A stretch of DNA of 32,000 nucleotides, taken from NCBI GenBank assembly GCA_023460955.1, contig JAEWOH010000048.1:79346-111345 (forward strand), in the 5' to 3' direction. A model generated the notes under the pieces. It did not search any database. It was not told the origin of the DNA and saw only the letters and a list, made by a program, of their open reading frames with translations. The translations under genes and the position numbers were made by a program. Numbering within the stretch: position 1 is the first letter of the stretch; the number at the start of each line of letters is the position of its first letter. Shown piece by piece: positions 26,931 through 32,000 of this stretch. The stretch comes from Bacillota bacterium (GTDB taxonomy: Bacteria; Bacillota; Clostridia; Acetivibrionales; DSM-1351).

Positions 26931-27611
26931 TTATTCAGCTTTGATGTAAGCATCCACAAATCCTGCCGCCTTAAGCTTTGTAAGTAGCACCTCCGCATTG
27001 GATCTGATGTTATAAGCTCCGACCTGTACCCTGTAGCATTTAGCATTTGATTCAGGCTTTGGATTCGGTAGGACATATTGAATGCCGAAGTATTCAAGAA
27101 CTCCCTTGGACAATGCAATTCCAATGTCCTCAATGTGGTTAATAATCCATTGCGCATCTCCGGCATTGTCATGGAAGGCTGTTTCTACTAGTGCTGCTGG
27201 AGCATTTGTATAAGCCAGTTCATACATATGCTTGCCAGGTCCGTAAAAGTTGCAGCCTTCATGAACACCCCTGTCCTCCGTCGGAGTGAGTGGAGACAGC
27301 TTTGCATAGACTGCCCTTGCAAGCTTTTCCCCATGACCTCCGAACTTATGGCAATAAACCTCACAGCCACGACCGCCACCGGCATTGCTGTGTATGGCAA
27401 AGTGGATATCCGGTTTTTTGACATTGCTGTCCTCAACTACCTGCTGCAGTGACCATTCCGGTTTGTTCCTGAAAACCGTTAAGCCGTGACGTAGAAGCTC
27501 TTTCTCTGTGATATCGGCAATCTGATTCATCCTTGCTTCCTCAGTGCCGTAATTTCCGACGCCTATATTGTTTTCTTGTGTTGAAGGACTTAAATATACT
27601 GATTTATTCAT
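26931..27611 (-). CDS. Phage endolysin: N-acetylmuramoyl-L-alanine amidase (Amidase_3) with C-terminal SPOR-like domain
   Basis: VYLSPSTQENN...IHSNAGGGRGCEVY...ETAFHDN amidase_3 pattern. C-terminal YRVQVGAYNIRSNAEVLLTKLKAAGFVDAYIK is SPOR-like. Overlaps the holin gene by 8 nt. Confidence 0.88.
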   Translation of the reverse strand: MNKSVYLSPSTQENNIGVGNYGTEEARMNQIADITEKELLRHGLTVFRNKPEWSLQQVVEDSNVKKPDIHFAIHSNAGGGRGCEVYCHKFGGHGEKLARAVYAKLSPLTPTEDRGVHEGCNFYGPGKHMYELAYTNAPAALVETAFHDNAGDAQWIINHIEDIGIALSKGVLEYFGIQYVLPNPKPESNAKCYRVQVGAYNIRSNAEVLLTKLKAAGFVDAYIKAE

Positions 27612-28014
27612 CGGTTTTTTCCTCCTTGTTAAGCTGCTCCAAGGCCTTCTTTAACTTCTCGGGTATAGGTAATCCTATCTTGCCAGTGTTCTCCAAGATA
27701 CTGATCCCTTCATTTGAAAGGTAGAAAAAAATAACGGCGGTGCGGATTGCACTACCGTTCTTGATGAGATAAACATCTACAATATTTCCGATACCTACAA
27801 GTGTAAAAATCATGACCTTTTTAAATATCCCTCGGAAGCCCACCTCGCTTGACAGCTTTCTTTCCAGCACTGCCACCATCAAGCCCGTAATGTAATCAAT
27901 AACCACAAAGGCAATCAGTGCATACATAAAGCCATCAAAGCCTCCTAAAAACCAGCCGATATATCCGCCAAGTGCGCTAATAATCAGCTGTATAACGTTA
28001 AAAGTATTCTTCAT
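27604..28014 (-). CDS. Phage holin (holin_4_1 / TcdE-like family)
   Basis: Three TM helices, the ...FVVIDYITGLMVAV..KLSSEVGFRGIFKKV... pattern, and a charged C-terminus. Located immediately upstream of the endolysin. Confidence 0.85.
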   Translation of the reverse strand: MKNTFNVIQLIISALGGYIGWFLGGFDGFMYALIAFVVIDYITGLMVAVLERKLSSEVGFRGIFKKVMIFTLVGIGNIVDVYLIKNGSAIRTAVIFFYLSNEGISILENTGKIGLPIPEKLKKALEQLNKEEKTDE

Positions 28015-28041
28015 TTTCTTCGACCTCCGTTTCTTCTCATA

Positions 28042-29664
28042 TTATGGTTGGAAAGGGTCTACCCTTTGGATGTTGAAGTCATACTGTATCTTCATTGTAT
28101 TTGTCGGGGTCTTGGTTACCGGACTTGGGAGCAATGTCATTGCCGCTACCGGTTCCCATATATACCAACTCTGGCCCCACTGGTACACATTGTTTCCGCT
28201 TGTTTGATAATAATAAGTTTTTGTGGCTGAGCCTGCTGTGTCCTCAAGTACAGTGTTGTAATCAAAACTCATGCTCCTATAACTCAAGTCAAGGATATTA
28301 AACATATTGTCTACTATAAAAACATAGTTTCCATTATAGACAAACCAAGTATCAACATCCCTATACTGAAGTTTTAAATCATATCCGTTTAAAGTTGCAC
28401 CACTTGTGCCTGCAGGAACTGTTATTGTACTTAAGTCATATAGAGCCACCTTTGTTAGGCCTGAATCTGGGTTGCATACCAGAATAAAAGTTTTATTTAC
28501 AGAGCCTGACACATAATATCTTACCGGAATATAGAGCTTCCCATTTTTACACCCTATTGAGCCATTTCTCAGATAAGATTGCAATGTACTATCATAACTT
28601 GACGGTATCTCAGGAATCTGAGACCTTATTAGTACCGTATAACTGTTTGAAAGTGATATTTCCACCTTGCTGTTGTCATCAAGATTGAGCCTGTGTAGCC
28701 TATTGTTATAACTTTCATAAAACATATATACATAGTTGTTTTCCTGGGCCATCATCCACTGGCAAGGTGCGTAACTGGTGCTTGTTAATCCCATTGTTGT
28801 GTAAAGGTCAATTTCTGAGTATTCATCAGTATCAATATTTACTACACCCATACAAAGTTTGTTTGTTGTATAATTCCTTCCAACTATATACAGTTTGCTG
28901 TTGTACTTGAATATCTTGGGATAATAGGTTGGATTTGATCCAGTTACACCGGGAGTGAAGTTTGTGGGTGCCGGTAGATTTTTTGACTTGCTTGTATATC
29001 CATCGAGCTTATATCTTCTTGATATACCCTTCATTCCGTATATTGCTTCCTGTAAGCTTGTATCAATATTTAACTCAGCCCACCATATCTTTTGGAAAGT
29101 ACCGTTAGCAACACTTGTTGCGAAGTCAAATACAAAATGGAGGTTGCTTTCTGTAAATACTGTCTCACTGAGATTAATAGTGCCTTTTGCAGTATTAGTT
29201 CCAACATATGCTCTCGACTTATCAGCCCAACCGATTATGTTCCCTTTTATTGAGCGCGCAAAGGAGGACTCAGGGGTTGAATCATCTGTAAGCAGCAAGT
29301 GTCTGAAGGGTGCAGTGAAATATGAATAATTGTGATTGGAATAGTTGTAGCCCGCATCCCCCTCAATATAAGCATTATCTTTGTTTTGAGTTGTGCTCCC
29401 AACTTCGGAATCATTGTATTCCCACTGCCTTCCCCAAGGATTGCCCCTTATCCTGCAACAGAAATAATCCATGAAAGCCATCCTTGCAATTGCATCTGTA
29501 ATACGGTTCTCCGTCTTTATTTCTCTTTCAAGCTTTCCAGCTTCATTGAAGAGCTGGATTGTCACAACTCCCTTAATTTCCACATTCGGCTTCATCTTTA
29601 TATGTTCTTTTATAGTTCCATCGATAAAACTCTTGTCATAACCTTTAGTTTCACGCATTCTCAT
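28042..29664 (-). CDS. Phage tail protein, probable receptor-binding protein / tail fibre
   Basis: 540-aa ORF between the Tal-like gene and the holin, the canonical RBP position. The C-terminal half is rich in repeated aromatic beta-strand-like segments (KLYIVGRNY, YVYMFYESY, KLYIPVRYY, NYVFIVDN). No direct family recognition. Confidence 0.5.
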   Translation of the reverse strand: MRMRETKGYDKSFIDGTIKEHIKMKPNVEIKGVVTIQLFNEAGKLEREIKTENRITDAIARMAFMDYFCCRIRGNPWGRQWEYNDSEVGSTTQNKDNAYIEGDAGYNYSNHNYSYFTAPFRHLLLTDDSTPESSFARSIKGNIIGWADKSRAYVGTNTAKGTINLSETVFTESNLHFVFDFATSVANGTFQKIWWAELNIDTSLQEAIYGMKGISRRYKLDGYTSKSKNLPAPTNFTPGVTGSNPTYYPKIFKYNSKLYIVGRNYTTNKLCMGVVNIDTDEYSEIDLYTTMGLTSTSYAPCQWMMAQENNYVYMFYESYNNRLHRLNLDDNSKVEISLSNSYTVLIRSQIPEIPSSYDSTLQSYLRNGSIGCKNGKLYIPVRYYVSGSVNKTFILVCNPDSGLTKVALYDLSTITVPAGTSGATLNGYDLKLQYRDVDTWFVYNGNYVFIVDNMFNILDLSYRSMSFDYNTVLEDTAGSATKTYYYQTSGNNVYQWGQSWYIWEPVAAMTLLPSPVTKTPTNTMKIQYDFNIQRVDPFQP

Positions 29665-29673
29665 TATCCCTCC

Positions 29674-31284
29674 CTATGTTAATAGCACATTGACAGTTTC
29701 AGCAATTCTTCCGGCACTGACGTTTACAAAAAGAATATTTTCTATGCAGGCAGAAGCGGTTGGTGCTTTTGTCTGCACTATATAATTAAATGTCACCCTT
29801 CCCGAGCCAACATCAGTGTACTTAATCTCCTCGCGTACTTCGGCATGAGGTACTTCCGAGCTCAATCCGCCTGACAGGTTTCTTCCATCAATGGCAAGCT
29901 GTAGTCCATTTGGCATAATGGTAAGTGAGCCAGTATCTACCGAAAGCTTCACACTGAAGTAATGGCCACCTTCTGGTATCGCCACAAGTGCCATAGGAAT
30001 GGCAATCATGTTATCACCTACTTGAAGCTTCTGCTTCAGATTGGTCGGTATCACGCTGTTATCAAGACTGTATTTGACAGTCAGTGTTGCAACGGAAGAG
30101 GTATTAACACTAAGTACAAGATAGGACATAACATTAGTGTTTCTTACAGTACCAATGGGCATATAAATAACTTCCTTGTCTGCGGTACCGATAGTCAGTG
30201 TGCTTGGGTTTGTAAAATACAGCATAGAACTCATGGCCTGCGAAATGCTGCTTGCCATAGCTTCACTATTTCTTGAAACCTCTGCAATATACTGATCAAG
30301 AGTGGAAAGGGGCTGTCCAAGTTCTACCTTGGTATTTTTTGCACTCAGAATATCCTTTTCAAGGCTTATAACCTTAACCTTTATATCAACGCCGAGGATG
30401 CTGTGCTTTACAGTGACAATGTCTCCGACCTCCACAAGCTCCAAAGCCTTATAATTTTTATATTCCTCGGTCTGCCCAAGCAATATGAAATCAACCTTAT
30501 AGTTGACATCAGGAATTGCATTTGCATCAAGGTATTTTTGTGCTTCAATCCTGAGAATTCCTTCGCTTGTGGCATCCTTGAACTCAACCTTTTTAATCAC
30601 AGCAAAATTAGGATAGTCTGAATCCTCCCAAGCGGGATTGAGCAGGTATTTTTCCGGGAGGGTGATACCATTGGTGCCAACCGGGTAAATCCAGGTAGCT
30701 ACATTATCACAGTTCAGTTTCTCACTGATACCGATGATGTTTTTTCCGTAGCGGATGTGAACCCCTTTGTCAGATCCCTTGCTCGCATTGATTTTTATAT
30801 TGAAGTTATCCCTGACAAGTTCACCCTGCCACTCATTAACCAGAAGAAACACTGCCTCGACACCATTCTTTTTGACCACATACTGGGTAGCTGTTTTGGT
30901 TAAATCACTTCCAACAGAGTAGGTGGCTGAAAGCCCCAGCTCATCAATAATCATTTCTAGTGCTGCCTGGCAGGTTTTATTCTCTGCACGTCTGTCCGCA
31001 ACGATGAAGTTCGTGAGATCATAGAATATATGCCTGGCATTTGCAGTGATTGTTCCGGCTTTGCTGTCCTTGTCAGTGTTATATATCCTGAAAAGCTGCC
31101 CATCTGCCCGGATGACATTGAAGGGTTTGATGTATGCCGCTTTTTTTGAGTGTAGGGGATAGGAGAGGGAGAGCTCATATTCATTGTTAAGCTTTTCAGT
31201 TATCTTACATTCCCGGCATTCATTCAATACAGCAAGGCCATTGTGAATAAAGGCAGTTTCTTTTTTATCATAAATATTTATCAT
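29674..31284 (-). CDS. Phage tail-associated protein (Tal / prophage tail endopeptidase-like minor structural protein)
   Basis: N-terminus MINIYDKKETAFIHNGLAVLNECRECKITEKLNNEYELSLSYPL...FNVIRADGQLFRIY is typical of the siphovirus minor structural protein N-terminal region. ATG 31284 overlaps the upstream stop (TAATG); the ORF track opens at TTG 31299. Confidence 0.75.
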   Translation of the reverse strand: MINIYDKKETAFIHNGLAVLNECRECKITEKLNNEYELSLSYPLHSKKAAYIKPFNVIRADGQLFRIYNTDKDSKAGTITANARHIFYDLTNFIVADRRAENKTCQAALEMIIDELGLSATYSVGSDLTKTATQYVVKKNGVEAVFLLVNEWQGELVRDNFNIKINASKGSDKGVHIRYGKNIIGISEKLNCDNVATWIYPVGTNGITLPEKYLLNPAWEDSDYPNFAVIKKVEFKDATSEGILRIEAQKYLDANAIPDVNYKVDFILLGQTEEYKNYKALELVEVGDIVTVKHSILGVDIKVKVISLEKDILSAKNTKVELGQPLSTLDQYIAEVSRNSEAMASSISQAMSSMLYFTNPSTLTIGTADKEVIYMPIGTVRNTNVMSYLVLSVNTSSVATLTVKYSLDNSVIPTNLKQKLQVGDNMIAIPMALVAIPEGGHYFSVKLSVDTGSLTIMPNGLQLAIDGRNLSGGLSSEVPHAEVREEIKYTDVGSGRVTFNYIVQTKAPTASACIENILFVNVSAGRIAETVNVLLT

Positions 31285-32000
31285 TACAACCACCGCCAAT
31301 TCGGAGTAATTTCAAGCTTTGTAACTCCACCAGAAAAAGTAACGGTGTTGTTGCCTGTAGAAAGTATGGGGAATTCACCGGCCATAAGGTTGTTTGCATT
31401 CTTCATTTCACCGTTTACATGGTAATATGCTTCCTCAAGCTCACTATCCAGTGTTAAATACGGTACGGTTATATTGGAGAGCGCCACTTCGGCACTATTA
31501 ATTTTGAACTTACCGCTTCCAGTACAGTAGACCTTAATAACTGGCCTGCTTGCTACACTTCCCTGATTTACGATGGTTGTCCCTGCACCTGCGTTGACCG
31601 TTATGACTGTGTTGTTCACCCAATATTTAAATGGACGACAGTTAAAGAGGATCACAAATCTTGAGCAGATCTTAAATGCCTGCTTAAAGTCAATGGAGTT
31701 CACCACCTGCGCCCGGTACTTCTTGTCAGGCTGGAAGGAGAAGACCAAGTCACTCTCACCAGCGGAGTATAACCAAGCCTTGATGCTATCCAGCCTTTCC
31801 ATAAGGTTAGTACCTTTTATGGTGCAATCTACTGCAATGGTTATATCCTCATAGGTGCCTTCATCATAACGAAGGCTTGAATCCCTGCCCGGAACTTCGA
31901 TATATGAAATACGCCGTTTAGGGGAGGGGATAGAAGGTCTTACCGAAGTGATTATTCCAAAGTCGGTGCTGCTGTTTTTATTTCCAAGAGTAAATGAAAG
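31284..32000 (-). CDS. Phage distal tail protein (Dit, Sipho_tail family), 5' end outside window
   Basis: I translated the frame by hand upstream of 31802 and found it open to the window edge (...LSFTLGNKNSSTDFGIITSVRPSIPSPKRRISYIEVPGRDSSLRYDEGTYEDITIAVDCTIKG...). The IPGRDG-like motif is typical of Dit. Confidence 0.75.
   Translation of the reverse strand, partial: LSFTLGNKNSSTDFGIITSVRPSIPSPKRRISYIEVPGRDSSLRYDEGTYEDITIAVDCTIKGTNLMERLDSIKAWLYSAGESDLVFSFQPDKKYRAQVVNSIDFKQAFKICSRFVILFNCRPFKYWVNNTVITVNAGAGTTIVNQGSVASRPVIKVYCTGSGKFKINSAEVALSNITVPYLTLDSELEEAYYHVNGEMKNANNLMAGEFPILSTGNNTVTFSGGVTKLEITPNWRWL

Larger units (their letters stand above)
16900..32000. mobile_element. Integrated element (prophage with serine-recombinase module and cargo) inserted in the rlmD 3' region; right end outside window
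   Basis: Compositional break inside rlmD, two large serine recombinases, an IS110 element, and phage lysis and tail genes all lie to the right. The left boundary is approximate (16.88-16.96 kb). Confidence 0.65.

Noticed and set aside
26656-27172. ORFs 26656-26949 (+) and 26741-27172 (-) around the endolysin 3' end
   Set aside because: They overlap the well-supported endolysin and SHOCT-like genes and the terminator. No motifs or start signals.

Overview
The window comes from a low-GC, spore-forming Firmicute, probably Clostridia; that call rests only on gene content (ytfI/ytfJ-GerW pair, bactofilin, MCP) and codon style. It has two parts. Positions 1-16.9 kb are ordinary chromosome: GGGtGRT protein, AraC regulator plus amidohydrolase, PAP2 protein, proB, a PBP1A/bactofilin/M23 peptidase cluster, an MCP, ytfJ/ytfI and rlmD (rumA-type). 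From about 16.9 kb to the window end lies an integrated mobile element inserted in the 3' part of rlmD. The last ~270 bp of rlmD are abruptly GC-rich (about 50-62% versus about 40% by my hand counts) and look element-supplied. Next come a degenerate second copy of the rlmD C-terminal codons and four 30-bp phased repeats with a terminator-like hairpin. After that is a very AT-rich, terminator-insulated two-gene plus-strand operon (17532-20562): a 371-aa protein with a PD-(D/E)xK-like motif and a 624-aa protein with no motif I can recognise. Two small genes follow, one an unlisted 42-aa zinc-ribbon ORF. The minus strand then carries a recombination module: two large serine recombinases, a recombinase-domain-only ORF and a SHOCT-like ORF, interrupted by an IS110-family element. 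A siphovirus-type prophage late region follows (Dit, Tal, putative receptor-binding protein, holin, amidase/SPOR endolysin). The two-gene cargo operon with its upstream repeat array is my best candidate for an undescribed system, plausibly anti-phage defence or abortive infection. All functional calls come from motifs read by eye; no searches were run.
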